The translations under genes and the position numbers were made by a program. Below, in pieces: positions 43,255-56,700 of a stretch of 64,000 bases of DNA (its first letter is position 1; every line of letters begins with the position of its first letter). Under the pieces are notes generated by a model that worked only from the letters and a program-made list of their open reading frames with translations, did not search any database and was not told the origin of the DNA. Source of the DNA: Octopus vulgaris (lineage: Eukaryota); NCBI GenBank assembly GCA_951406725.2, contig OX597827.1:16306001-16370000 (forward strand), given 5' to 3'.

Positions 43255-44320
43255 GCGACGGCGCAGCGGAGGCAGCGGCGGCAGCGGTGGCAGCGGCGGC
43301 AGCGGGAGGCAGCGGCAGCAGCGGGGTCAGCGGAGGCAGTGGAGGCAGTGGAGGCAGCGGAGGCAACGGAAGCAGCGGCGGCAGCGGAGGCAACGGCGGC
43401 AGTGGAGGCAGAGAAGGCAGCGGAAGTAGCGAAGGCAGTGGAGGCAGCGGAGGCAGTGGAGACAGCGGAGGCAGCGGAAGCAGTGGAGGCAACGGAAGCA
43501 GCGGCGGCAGCGGAGGCAGCGGCGGCAACGGAGGCAGCGGAGGCAGCGGAGGCAGAGGAGGCAGCGGAGGCAGCGGAGGCAGTGGAGACGGGAGGAAGCG
43601 GAGGCAGCGGAGGCAGCGGAGGCAACGGCGGCAGTGGAGGCAGAGAAGGCAGCGGAAGTAGCGAAGGCAGTGGAGGCAGCGGAGGCAGTGGAGACAGCGG
43701 AGGCAGCGGAAGCAGTGGAGGCAACGGAAGCAGCGGCGGCAGCGGAGGCAGCGGCGGCAGCGGAGGCAGCGGAGGCAGCGGAGGCAGAGGAGGCAGCGGA
43801 GGCAGCGGAGGCAGAGGAGGCAGTGGAGACAGGGAGGAAGCGGAGGCAGCGGAGGCAGCGGAGGGAGCGGAGGCAGCGGCGGCAGCGGCGGCAGCGGAGG
43901 AAGCAGAGGCAGCGCAGACAGTGGAGGCAGCGGAGGCAGCGGAGGAAGCGGCGGCAGCGGAGGCAGCGGAAGCAGCGGAGGCAGCGGAGACAGCGGAGGC
44001 AGCGCAGACAGTGAATGCAGCGGCGGCAGCGGAGGCAGCGGAGGAAGCGGAAGCAGAGGAGGCAGTGGAGACAGCGGAGGCAGCGCAGACAGTGGAGGCA
44101 GCGGCGGCAGCGGAGGCAGCGGTGGCAGCGGAGGCAGCGGAAGTAACGGAGGCAGCGGAAGTAACGGAGGCAGCGGCGGCAGCGGAGGCAGCGGAGGCAG
44201 CGGAAGTAACGGAGGCAGCGGAAGTAACGGAGGCAGCGGAGACAGCGCGGCAGCGGAGGCAGCGGAAGCAGCGGAGGCAGCGGAGACAGCGGAGGCTGCG
44301 GCGGAAGAGCTGGCAGCGGT
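43255..44320. repeat. GC-rich 9-bp minisatellite (GCGGAGGCA)n with ~232-bp higher-order duplication
   Basis: Variant blocks recur at 43381 and 43613. Confidence 0.92.
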
Positions 44321-44499
44321 AATAGCGACGGTAGTCGTCGTGGTGAATGCTATGGTGGTGGTGGTGGTGGTGGTGGTGATGGTTATGGTGGTGATGGTTA
44401 TGGTGACAACGGTGACGATGGTAGCAGTGGGGGTTTGTGGTGTTATTGATATTGTTATTGCTGCTGCTGCTACTGCTGTTGCTGTTGAGCGTAGCGGTC

Positions 44500-44650
44500 T
44501 TCGTCCCTTAGTGGGAGAAGTCCGAAACGTGGTCCTTTGTTATTCGTAAGGCCCTCAGAAGAGAAAGCAGGTCAACCCCCGACACCGAGAGCATCGACGG
44601 ATGGATGAATGCGCAGATGAAAGGCTCAGCGGTTGCGTAGGGAGTCGGGG

Positions 44651-44683
<33 letters not shown>

Positions 44684-44830
44684 GGTAGTAGCGTTACTTT
44701 CACTGGATTCAGTCATTGTACAGCAACTCCGTCCCGACGATTTCCTCTCTGTCGTCGGAAATAAACTGCACCTGCGCAGTAGTTTTGAAAAGTTAGGATA
44801 TACTGGCAACTAGTTTTACACGTGGATCTA
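44500..44830 (-). promoter_or_regulatory. CpG-rich promoter or first-exon-like island
   Basis: Unique CpG-rich sequence in an AT-rich window; NRF1-like tgcgcaggtgca (minus, ~44768-44779); (CTG)n tract; hairpin ccgacgatttcctctctgtcgtcgg. Confidence 0.4.
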
Positions 44831-45065
44831 GTTGTGTGTGTATTTGAAATCTAAAGGCTCCCTACTGACGAAAACTAGCCTCAGTAAATATTTTTTTACT
44901 GGAATGAGTTAGAAACCATGGTCTAAGAACTAAATTAGATGGTAAACGTTTTTAAGTTTCATTCCTTTCGAGAATTTATCCCTAATTAGTGGTTTGAGTT
45001 TTCTACTGCTCTTTCTAGCGCAAGGCTTTCCTATTTGGAAGCCTCTTAATGTGTTTTAATGTACA

Positions 45066-45175
<110 letters not shown>

Positions 45176-46314
45176 CATAGATACATACATACACATATAT
45201 GCACACGCATATATATTCACGTACACAGATTTAAAACTACACACACATACACATATAACAGTTTAATATACAGGGATCATTTATACAATCTAATCATAAT
45301 AAATTAAATCAATAATTCTCAACTTCCTTTTTTTGCCCATGTCCCTTTTTTTCGTTCCTAAATTAACTCTGTAACCCCTACACTCAGACCCTATTAGTTA
45401 AATCCAAAGCAAAACGAGCAATTCTGCTATTTGTAATATTTATTAATCGCAGATGTATCATATAAGACACAAAGGTTTGTAGTAACTTACAAAAAAAAAA
45501 CCGTTATTGCTTTCTAGATAAAATTGTATACCAGGAAACAAAATTCTCTAAAGACATAAAACCACAAATTAACTTTAATACCGTGCACTATTTACTCTCT
45601 CACAAAATTCTGAGAGACAGAAAACTTATAAAAATTCTACGTACAGTAACACTATATTCAATGTGTTTTGTGGCTGATGCAAACTCATAAGTTTTCCAAT
45701 ATCTAGCTGTAGTTTTGTTAGCGATAAACCAAGATCACCTCTCGTTTAATATTAAGACGGCTGTGAGTTTTGATATTAGGTTAAAGCCATATTCAACGAG
45801 AGAAGAAATGGAAAAAAAGTAATAAAAATGCGGTTTATTATTCTGTTTTTTTTTGTTCTATAAAAATGAAAATATTAATTATATTTACCACGTTCGAATA
45901 TAGCATAAGCTGTTTCGTCACTAAGAAACTTTCTTGTTATTGAATGCCAACACTAGCCGCATTTACGTCTTCTTCTTGCCATATGGGTGTATCTACCACC
46001 CAACCTGAAATTGTTTTTCTCTAGCAAATCGAGAAATCGAGGAATCCAAACTTCATATCATGGTACAAATGCTTCAAAAGCTCAACATACACAAAAGAAT
46101 CATTATCTTGCACACCAGTGTGAATCACATCTAGGATTAGAAACCATCAACTTGCGAGGTCCTATATTAATTCCGAATAACCTGAGTTTTCCAATGAAAG
46201 CAGTAATAGCCTCTTGGCAATATAAAAGTCTACAGCTTCTCTTTGTAACGGTTCAGCAAATTAAGCTTTTGAAATATACCTGAAAAGTAAAATATATCGC
46301 GCCGGACAGCACGT

Positions 46315-46487
46315 ATACATACATACATACATACATACATACATACATACATACATACATACATACTTACATACATACATACATACATACATACATGCAT
46401 ACATACATACATGCATACATACATACATATATACATACATGCATACATACATACATATATACATACATACATACATACATACATACA

Positions 46488-46521
<34 letters not shown>

Positions 46522-46600
46522 CATACATGCATACATACATACATACATGCATACATACATACATACATGTATGCATACATACATGTAAGGACATAAAGAT
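46315..46600. repeat. (CATA)n microsatellite
   Basis: Direct observation. Confidence 0.95.
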
Positions 46601-47111
46601 ATACACACCAATATATGTATATAAGTATATGATTTATTTACGAATCAGATCATATTTTTTAAGTAAACATATAAATCTAAATCTTTGGAAATATTAATAA
46701 TAGGAAAAGAATAAACACATACACACGTGTATGTCTACGTACATACACACATCATAATACATACATACGTACATATATACGTACATGCATACATACAAGC
46801 ATACATACATGCTTACATATATACATACATACATTTACGTTCTGAGTTTAAATCCTGTTGAAGTGAACTTTATCTTTTATCCTTTCTGAGCTTATAAAAT
46901 AAAACAGCAGTTAAGTACTGGGGTTGATGTAATCAACTGACCCCACTCTTCTTCAAATGACTGGCCTTGTGCTAAAATTTGAAACCGTTATTATCCAAAA
47001 ACTTTACATGCCACCTGAAGAGCGTATTAATAGTTTGTAATACCTATTTTATAGCAATAAACTGTTACCATAAAGTTTAATAAAGTATTTGATGGCTTAA
47101 TTACTCCTGAT

Positions 47112-47272
47112 TCTAAAATTTATAAATTGACATAGGATTGGAGATAAGAATGGAAACGGAACTAAAACGGGAGCTGGACAGGGAACGGGATAACGGGATA
47201 GGACATGAAACAGTAAACGGATACTGAGAATAACCCCAGTTTTTTCCGGGTATTACCGGGTAATTCAGCTAG
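47112..47272 (+). mobile_element. Short non-autonomous Helitron
   Basis: TCtaaaattttataaa start; internal aacggg repeats; ccgggtattaccgg hairpin then CTAG|T. Confidence 0.6.
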
Positions 47273-47689
47273 TATGAATATAAAGAATTTAATGAAGACT
47301 GAACAACGTAAAATTTTCCCCTCTTAATCTCATTGGTTAACACATAGCTGTGTTATTTCCAAAGTATCAATCTTAATTTTTTTTCTTAACACACTTAAGA
47401 GAATTTCTGCAGCCTCTCTGACGGCTGATGTTTAGAGATAGTTTATTATATTATGATTTACATCTAACATCTGGTCTGTACCTTACGTTTAACTCACAAT
47501 ATACCGACCCAGGGGATGAGAAAAAAATTGACTTCATTTCATACTTATGTACGGTCTATAACTAATTAATTCGATTGTAAATATTTATGACCTTAAAGTA
47601 TCTCAAATTTATCTATATTAAATTTTATCTATACTTATTCGTCTATACTGATACTAGACTTTTCACTTTTTTTTTTTTACCTTTTCTTT

Positions 47690-48780
47690 TCCCTTGGACT
47701 GCAGCCATCCTGGGGCACCGTTTTGCACTGTTTAGTCGAAAAAAATCGATGCCAGTGCTTATTTCTTAATTTTAAATTTAGTACTTATTCTATCGGTCTC
47801 TTCTGCCGAAACCGCTGAGTCATAGATCAAAAACTAACCAACACAGGTTGTCATGTGGTGGTGAAGGATCAAAAAAATCCCCACAAAATCACAAAATAAC
47901 ACTCACATACACATAATGCATGTATATAAGGGGTAGCTCCAAAACAGGTTTACAGTTGGATATGCTTCGTGTCGTGGTTTAGTACCTATTCTATCGGTCT
48001 CTTCTGTCGAAACCGCTGAATTTATAGATCATAAACTAACCAACACAGGTTGACATGTGGTGGTGAAGGATCAAAAACCCCCCACATATATATCTATCAA
48101 GGAGATCTTGTGCAACTGAAGCCAGAGTGTCCTTTTGGTCAGCTGAAAGCAGTATTGGCACAAATTTGGCAGATACGCGTCTCATACACGTGATAATGGA
48201 CTGAACTGAACCGTAACTAATCTGCGCATCCTCTGATAACTCACAGATGGTGATTCGACGATTTCCCTTCACAGCTGCATGCAATTCTGTGATGCTTTTC
48301 TTAGTTCTGCTGTTTGTGGATCTCTCAGAACGTTCGTCAATATCGATATTTTTTCGGCCATCTAGGAAACCTCTGCACCATTCGTACACTTCTGTGCGGC
48401 TCATACACGTCTCTCCATACACTTTCTGCGACTTTTGTGAAGGCCTCTGAGCCGCTATCGCCATGACAACTTTCTCTGTCATGGTCAATGCGACGATCAC
48501 ACGTTACATACCTTCCTTCCAAGCATTGCTGTAAACAGCGGAAGTGAGCTAGAACGTTAAAACTTAGTGCGCATGCACCGCGGAGTTCAAGGGCAATCAA
48601 GCCAAGCGGCTTCACTCTTCGTACTTTAGCTTCGTTACTGTGGTAACAGTCCGTATACTTATTGATCAGACTTCGTATACGACGGGCCTACCAAATCAAA
48701 TTCCCTCATTGGTCTGTCCAGGGCTATATTAGAAGACACACACCTAAAGTGCCTAGCAGTAGGATTGAACCCAAAACGGC
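47690..48780 (-). mobile_element. Old SINE family D copy, partly duplicated (47779-47884 / 47980-48086) and interrupted by a mariner
   Basis: SINE resumes at 48678 (tacgacgggc..ctaccaaatc) after the mariner TIR. Confidence 0.7.
48095..48677 (-). mobile_element. mariner 5' half (TIR plus HTH region)
   Basis: TIR TA|cgaagtctgatcaataagtatacggact; VYGETCMSRTEVYEWC..DERSER..NRRITICEL..RVSAKFVPILL. Confidence 0.9.
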
Positions 48781-49005
48781 GGTATTACGTTAAGACATAC
48801 AGAATGCTATGTGTGTGTGTGTGTGTATTTGTGTGTCTTGTGTTTGTGTCCCCTCCTCCTCGCTTATCACCTGGCGTGCCATTCAGAAAACCTTGCGGGC
48901 CGTAAGTTGCCTGTGACTGTTATATGCTGTAGATGATGAAGCACGTTTCATGTAACAGAGTGCCGAGCTCCCAATACAAAATAAACGGAGCAAATTTATA
49001 TATTT

Positions 49006-49157
49006 CTGTGTGGTAAGTAGCTTGCTAACCAACCACATGATTCCGGGTTCAGTCCCACTGCGTGGCACCTTGGGCAAGTGTCTTCTGCTATAGCCCCGGG
49101 CGGACCAATGCCTTGTGAGTGGATTTGGTAGACGGAAACTGAAAGAAGCCTGTCGTA

Positions 49158-49225
<68 letters not shown>

Positions 49226-49447
49226 GGTTTGCGTGTCTGTGTTTGTTCCCCTAGCTTTGCTTGACAACCGATGCTGGTGTGTTTACGTCCCTGTCACTTA
49301 GAGGTTCGGCCAAAGAGACCGATAGAATAAGTACTGGGCTTACAAAGAATAAGTCCCGGGGTCGATTTGCTCGACTAAAGGCGGTGCTCCAGCATGGCCG
49401 CAGTCAAATGACTGAAACAAGTAAAAGAATAAAAGAATAAAAGAATA
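49006..49447 (+). mobile_element. SINE family D
   Basis: Family D sequence, tail (aaaagaat)n. Confidence 0.92.
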
Positions 49448-49755
49448 ATATAAAATGTGTATACATTATATGTATTGCACTTTACCTTAAGCACAGTCAT
49501 TTTCATTGGCCAAGAAATGGAAAAACGCCTAAATTTTATCGTAATAAAAACATGAAAATTACATACATGACAGTGTGTCTAGAAGCAGTTGTGAATGTCC
49601 TAATAACCGAAATGTTAATATAGATATAGTAATTTATGTCCTTATTTATTACTGGTATGCTATATTAATATTATATTCCCTGTATATCAAATGTACCCTA
49701 AATATCTACATAGTTACTTGTGCACAGAGACTTGAGCAATAACTCTAGCACTCTA

Positions 49756-50190
49756 AGGCGACGAGCTGGCGGAATCGTTAGCACGCCGGGCGAAATGCGT
49801 GGCCGTATTTCGTCTGCCGTTACGTTCTGAGTTCAAATTCTGCCGAGGTCGACTTTGCCTTTCATCCTTTCGGGGTCGATAAATTAAGTAACAATTATGC
49901 ACTGGAGTCGATATAATCGACTTAATCCCTTTGTCTGTCCTTGTTTGTCCCTTCTATCTTTAGCTCCTTGTGGGCAATAAAGAAATAAGAAACGTTAGCA
50001 CGCCGGGCAAAATGTTTAGCGGTATTTCGTCTGTCTTTACGTTCTGAGTTCAAATTCCACCGAGGTTGACTTTGCCTTTCATCCTTTCAGGGTCGATAAA
50101 TTAAGTATCAGTTGCGTACTGGGGTTGATCTAATCGACTTGCCACCTCCCCATAAATTTCGGGCCTTGTGCCTAGAGTAGAAAAGAATAT
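49756..50190 (+). mobile_element. SINE family C dimer with two different tails
   Basis: First unit ends gggcaataaagaaata, second ends gccttgtgcctagagtagaaaag. Confidence 0.88.
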
Positions 50191-50699
50191 CTCAACCAAT
50201 CTGAATTTTTAATCTAAAAACACACACACACACACACACACAACATTCTTACTTCGTATGTGAATGAAAAATAACTGTGATGGAAAATGTAAGCAAATTG
50301 AAATTAAATATTATGAAATCCGCTTTTGATAAAATTTCTATAATGCAATAACGATCATTCGTTTTTAAGAATGAAAGATGTAATTGTGTAAAATTGTCTT
50401 TTAATTAAGCAGAAATACTGAAATGAAGCGTTCAAAAAAAAAAAGAAGAAAAAAAAGAACACTAAAAAAACCCCACTAAATTAACTGGAAGTAGTTGTAT
50501 TGAAAATCAATAAATAAAATGGGAAGAAAGATGTGTAGATTTAGCTGGTGCTTCTAGCATGTTGATGCAAGATATAGTGGATCTCTTTCGCTTAGGGGCT
50601 GTGATATCAACGAAGCTGTTGAAATGATAAGCGATGAAAATTTCAAAGGTAATTGGTGGCTAATTAAACAATCATATTATGAGAAATAGATATTATTTT

Positions 50700-51220
50700 C
50701 AAATTTAGGCACTAGGTTACCAGCAAGTTTAAGGGAGGGGATAAGTCGATTACATCGGCCCCAGTACTAAAATGGTACTTCTTTTATCGACCCTGAAAGG
50801 ATGAAAGGCAAAATCGACCACACCGGAATTTGAACTCAGAACGTAAAAATGGACGAATAATCATTTCGCCTGGTGTGCTAAAGTTCCTGCCAGTTCGCCG
50901 CTTTGAGAAATAAATATTCTTTTCTACTCGAGGCACAAGGTCCGAAATTTTTGGGGAGGGGGGCGGTCGATTACCTCGACTTAAGTACGCAACTGGTACT
51001 TAATTTATCAACTCCGAAAGGATGAAAGGCAAAGTCGATCTCGGCGGAATTTGAACTCAGAACGTAGTGGCAGACGAAATACCTATATCTTTACTACCCA
51101 CAAGGGGCTAAGCATAGAGAGGACAAACAAGGACAGACAAACGGATTAAGTCGATTATATCGATCCCAGTGTGTAACTGGTACTTATTTAATCGACCCCG
51201 AAAGGATAAAAGGCAAAGTT
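50700..51220 (-). mobile_element. SINE family C cluster
   Basis: Three body copies with mixed tails. Confidence 0.85.
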
Positions 51221-51251
51221 GTTACTATATGTGGGTATTAATACAGATAAT

Positions 51252-51541
51252 AGAAATATTAAAATTACTAAATCTCTCTAAAGGAGATTACGGCAGCGTT
51301 ACTGGAAATTAATAGTTATCGCCATACTAATATGGCAGTCTTATAAATATAAGACTAAACATGTCTGTAGCTGTCTGACTGGCAGGATGAAGCGGCTGAC
51401 CTCCCTTGTTCGAAGGTTTGTAATGGACGCAGGTTCGTGTGTCAAATAGCTAGCTTGAGGCGGTACCTCTTGGAGCTAATCAGCGACAGCTTTAGTCTTA
51501 TATTTATAAGACTGCCATATTAGTATGGCGATAACTATTAA
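51252..51541. mobile_element. Insertion with 51-bp perfect inverted repeat and 12-bp flanking direct repeat
   Basis: IR 51309-51359 / 51491-51541; aatacagataat at 51240-51251 and 51542-51553. Confidence 0.75.
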
Positions 51542-51889
51542 AATACAGATAATGTTTTTGTTTTATTTATGTTTTTATTTTTCATCTTATTTTTCTGAAT
51601 ATTTTTCTGTCTTTTTCTATAGAGTCGCAACGAAATCCTTCATCATTCCTACCTAACGGCTTAAACACGCTGTCAGTAACAACATGCCGTATTAGAACCG
51701 AGCGAAACGGAATTTATTTAACGAGATACCCCTTATGGCATCACCTGAGGAGATGTGTCTGTACCAAGGGATTCATCACAACCAGTTACACAGTATTCCA
51801 CCCGCAAGGGATCGATGTAGGATGACATCAGGGAGATATAGGCAGTGAATGGGCTTCATCGGTTTACTGCTAAGAACATAACCAACACT

Positions 51890-51931
<42 letters not shown>

Positions 51932-51941
51932 CATACATAAA

Positions 51942-52025
<84 letters not shown>

Positions 52026-52052
52026 CACACACATACATACATAAATACATAC

Positions 52053-52113
<61 letters not shown>

Positions 52114-52172
52114 TATATATATATATATATATATATAAGTATATATATACACATACATACATAAATACATAC

Positions 52173-52255
<83 letters not shown>

Positions 52256-52272
52256 CATACATAAATACATAC

Positions 52273-52339
<67 letters not shown>

Positions 52340-52351
52340 TTTATGTATGTA

Positions 52352-52384
<33 letters not shown>

Positions 52385-52443
52385 TCTTTTATTCTTTTAT
52401 TTGTTCTAGCCATCTGGCGAGTAGGCCAACATTACCCACCTGA

Positions 52444-52776
52444 TTGCGGCCATGCTGGAGCACCGCCTTTAGTCGAAGGAATCGACCTCAGGACTTATTC
52501 TTTGTAAACCTAGTACTTATTCTATCGGACTCCTATATGCCGAACCACTAAGTTACGGGGACGTAAAGACATCAACATCGGAGCAAACGCGGACACACAC
52601 ACGCGCGCACGCACGTATGTACACAGACACAGACACACACACACACACGCACACAAATACATACATACAAATCCACTCAGCAGACTTCGATCGGTCCGAG
52701 GCTATAGTAGAACTGAACCGGGACTGAACCCGGAACCATGTAGTTGGGAAGCAAACTTCTTACCACACAATCACGC

Positions 52777-52780
<4 letters not shown>
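52444..52780 (-). mobile_element. SINE family D, deleted copy
   Basis: gcggccatgctggagcaccgcc...taccacacaatcacgcctgc. Confidence 0.82.
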
Positions 52781-52810
<30 letters not shown>

Positions 52811-52862
52811 GCACACACACACATATATATTTATATATATATACATATATATATATATAGAA

Positions 52863-53111
52863 CACGTGACCAACCAAACTATCAGATGTTGTTACACATC
52901 GCTGGTCACAATGCGTTTTTGCATTGTTTTAGTCTTCAAATGACGCCACCCAGATTACTAGGCGAGAAGGCCAACATTCCTTTGATCGAAGGGGAGACTG
53001 GAGCAACGTGAAATGGTTTTGCTCAAGAACACAACACGTCGCCTAGTCAGGGAATCGAACCCACGATCTAGTTATCGTGAGGGTAGTAACCGAGCCACCA
53101 GGCCACTCTCC

Positions 53112-53115
<4 letters not shown>
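52863..53115 (-). mobile_element. SINE B-type head with tail a
   Basis: Tail matches 790-895; head carries gtgttgtgttcttgagcaaaac. Confidence 0.78.
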
Positions 53116-53196
<81 letters not shown>

Positions 53197-53236
53197 CCAA
53201 GGCTGTGAAAGATTTCAGAACATTTATAAAGAGACA

Positions 53237-53284
53237 GCCTTACAGCTGTTTCTGGGATATTTTATATATCCCTTCATCGGAGAC
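53237..53284 (-). ncRNA. Minimal type I hammerhead motif in Penelope-like fragment 53200-53503
   Basis: Minus strand gtct-CCGATGA-a-gggatat ataaa atatccc-a-GAAA-cagctg-TA-aggc; same family as 25133-25180. Confidence 0.72.
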
Positions 53285-53529
53285 GGTGTGAGAAAATGGT
53301 TAAGCAATAGTTATTCTAGATAAGATATGAAATAGAGAGTGAAGTGGAGGAATGAAAATAGACGTGAGATATACAGGGATATTTTATCTGCAGTTCTATT
53401 ATTTAGGCAGAATGGTATACATATAAGATTCCTGTACCTTGTGAGTAAGTTCCAATAGTATTTAAAATTGGTCTTTCCAAGTGTAGAGTTTTTAAACGGT
53501 GTTACATATGTATATATGAATGGGGGATG

Positions 53530-53657
53530 TTAGCCTGCTCGCCAAGGCAGCGGGGTGGCATCATTTGAAGGCTAACACAATACAAAAAGCGCATTGTGAC
53601 CAGCGATGTGTAACAACATCTGATAGCCTGGTCGGTCACGTGCTCTCTCTCTCTCTT

Positions 53658-53696
<39 letters not shown>

Positions 53697-54300
53697 TTGT
53701 CTATATATGTACATGTGTAGGCGCATGGCTCAGTGGTAAGGGTGTTGCTTTCACGGTCGTGATATCGTGGTTTCAATGCCTAGTGTGGGTAGTGCGTTGT
53801 GTTCTTGAGCAAAACACTCCATTTTACATTGCCCTGCGATCACTTCCTCACCTGACCTGTGGTACACTATACACCTGTTCAGGTAAAGTCAATTTGATGG
53901 AGGGAATGAAGCACAGTCTTTTGGCCACTGTAAATGAATCAGTTGTGCAGGTTGTACAGCCCAAAACTTCTTTCTCGGACCATGCGAAACCACCATCGTA
54001 TCCTCATGACTATACATACATCGTGGCACTCCGTCGGTTACGACGACGAGGGTTCCAGTTGATTCGATCACGTGCAAGTAACTGAGCATTCCACGGCCAG
54101 GCGTACCCTTAACGTAGTTATCAGGGAGATTCATCGTGACTTAGAATGTGACAGGGCTGGCCCTTCGGAATACAAGTACAGCTCGTTTTTGCCTGTTGAG
54201 AGAAATAAAGTATCTTGTTCAAGGACACAACGCGCCGCCGGTTATCGAACTCACGACCATGCGATCGTGAGCCGTATACCCGAACCACCAAGCCACACGC
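53530..54300. mobile_element. SINE cluster: tail a (53530-53640, +), B-type (53716-53990, +), B head with tail b (54025-54300, -)
   Basis: Module matches to families A and B. Confidence 0.75.
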
Positions 54301-54493
54301 TGTCGTACGCACACACACACACTCACACGCTAGTACGCACACGCATACACACACACATTCACACACGCACGCACACAGCACACACACAACACACATAGAC
54401 ACAAAACGCACACATTCACGCACGCACGCACACACACGCACACATCACACACAGACACACACAACATACATAGATACAACACGCACACATTCA

Positions 54494-54525
<32 letters not shown>

Positions 54526-55322
54526 CACACACACACAAATACCCTGTTAACTATTGTCAACAGAAGATATACTGGAATTGTTTTAAAGTATCTAAGATTT
54601 TGTTTGTAAATTTGAATTTCTTTCTCTCTTTCTTTCTTAACCTGATCTGAAATGAAATATGAATGATATTAATTTATTTTATAAAATATTTTACAAAATA
54701 TTTGTATAAAATATTTCTTGCTATTTCTATCAATTTCTAATTGTCGTTATTCTTTTCCAATTCTTAGCAAATCTAATGAAATTAACGTTTCTTTAATTAG
54801 TTTAAAGCAATGATACTCAACCATGTCGGGCAGCCCCGTTTATAAACATTAAAAAAAATATTATATTATAGTTGGAACATAATTGAATTAAAAATTAAGA
54901 AAAGAAATCAACAAAATAGCTCATAAAATAAACGAAACAAAATGATGCCGAAATGGTTAAATTAAGGAAAATAAATTTCCTGCAAGACTTCTCTCCCTTG
55001 TAAGGAAATGAAACTGAAAGAAGCTGAACAACCAAAAAAACAAACGAAACGAACTTAAAGTATTGAATTTTATTGATAAATGTCGATAGAAAAATGAATT
55101 TGAAATTATATTGAATCAAAATCGTTTGTCATTGGAAGCAATGCCTTTGCCGATGCTTCGCTGGAAGAGAGGAAGTTATGTATTTCAAGGAAAGGAATCA
55201 GAATATTATTCTTTGGGAGAAAAACTCCCTCCCACAAAATTCAACTCTTTGTGCCTACTGCATATTGTAAAAGACAACAACAATAATCGTTTCTACTATA
55301 GGGGACTAAAAATTGGCATTAT

Positions 55323-55925
55323 TGGCGTGTTGGCAGAATCGTTAGCGCGCCAGGAAAAACGCTTAGCGGTATTTCGTCTGCCGCTACGTTCTGAGTTCAA
55401 ACTCCGCCGAGGTCGACTTTGCCTTTCATCCTTTCGGGGTCGATTAAATAAGTACGCACTGGGGTCGGTGTAATCGACTTAATCCATTTGTCTGTCCTTG
55501 TTTGTCCTCTCTGTGTTTAGCCCCTTGTGGGTAGTAAAGAAATAGGTATTTCGTCTGCCGCTACGTTCTGAGTTCAAAACTCCGCCGAGGCTGATTTTGT
55601 CTTTCATCCTTTCGGGGTCGATAAATTAAGTACCAGTCAAGTACTGAGGTCGATGTAATCGACTCTTCCCCTCCCAACAAATTCCCGGCCTTGTGCTTAT
55701 ACTAGAAAGAATTATTATACAGGCGGAAGGCACGCGGGACAAAGTGCTTTCATGGCATTTCTTCAACTGAAGTTCTGAGATCAAAATTCAGCTGAGGTTG
55801 ATTTGCCTTATCGATCCTCAAAGGATCGATAAAATACGTACCAGTCAATTACTGAGGTCGATGCAATCGACTTCTACCTCCCCTCAAAAACGGCTGGCTC
55901 TCTTCCAAAAATTTGAAATTATTAT
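55323..55925 (+). mobile_element. SINE family C dimer plus a diverged third copy
   Basis: Junction gaaatag|gtatttcgtctgcc as in 5799-6553. Confidence 0.85.
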
Positions 55926-56335
55926 TAGCAGAAATACTGCTAGTCTTACTGTAATTCTGCATCTCACATGTTAATGAATTAACATGTGCGCTACGCCCTG
56001 CCAATTTGCCAATGTTCTTGCTCCGATGAAGTTACCATATATAGAAAGCTATTAAATGAACTTTAAGGAAAACTGCGTTTATGAATCGCTTGTTTGCTCT
56101 TGCCTTTCAAGTCAGCTTTTATATTGGTTGCTTCGCTTGGATGAGCGTAATGGATTATCTTATCACAATTTCTGGTTTAGTGTATCTGGACCATATATTT
56201 CTGTACTATATCTGAACTGAATATTTAGTTTAGCATATCTGTATAATACATTCATATTTACTCCACATTTATGCAAGGAGCTTGTTTAAATGAATGTATA
56301 TATTAATTTTACACAAGAAAATCATGTATATATAT

Positions 56336-56700
56336 TGGCTGTGTGGTAAGTAGCTTGCTTACAAACCACATTGTTCCGAGTTCAGTCCCATTACGTGGCA
56401 CCTTGGGAAAGTGTCTTCTACTATAGCCTCGGGCCGACCAAAGCCTTGTGAGTGGATTTGGTAGACGGAAACTGAAAGAAGCCCGTCATATATAAATAAA
56501 TGTATAAATATATGTGTGTGTGTGTGTGTATGTCTGTGTTTGTGCCCCCAACACCACCTGAGAACCGATGCTGGTGTGTTCACGCCCCCATAACTTCGAA
56601 AGAGGCCGATAGAATAAGTAGGAGGCTTACAAAGAATAAGTCCTGGGGTCGATTTGCTCGACTAAAGGCGGTGCTCCAGCATAGCCGCAGTCAAATGACT
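56336..56700 (+). mobile_element. SINE family D
   Basis: Family D head, body and tail. Confidence 0.88.

Noticed and set aside
43339-44322. 327-aa Ala/Glu/Gly-rich protein
   Set aside because: No ATG start, frame switches between AEA, GGS and RRQ, higher-order unit not a multiple of 3; kept only as a repeat
44821-44835. miR-279-like 11-mer actagatccac
   Set aside because: Partial match only and no precursor hairpin
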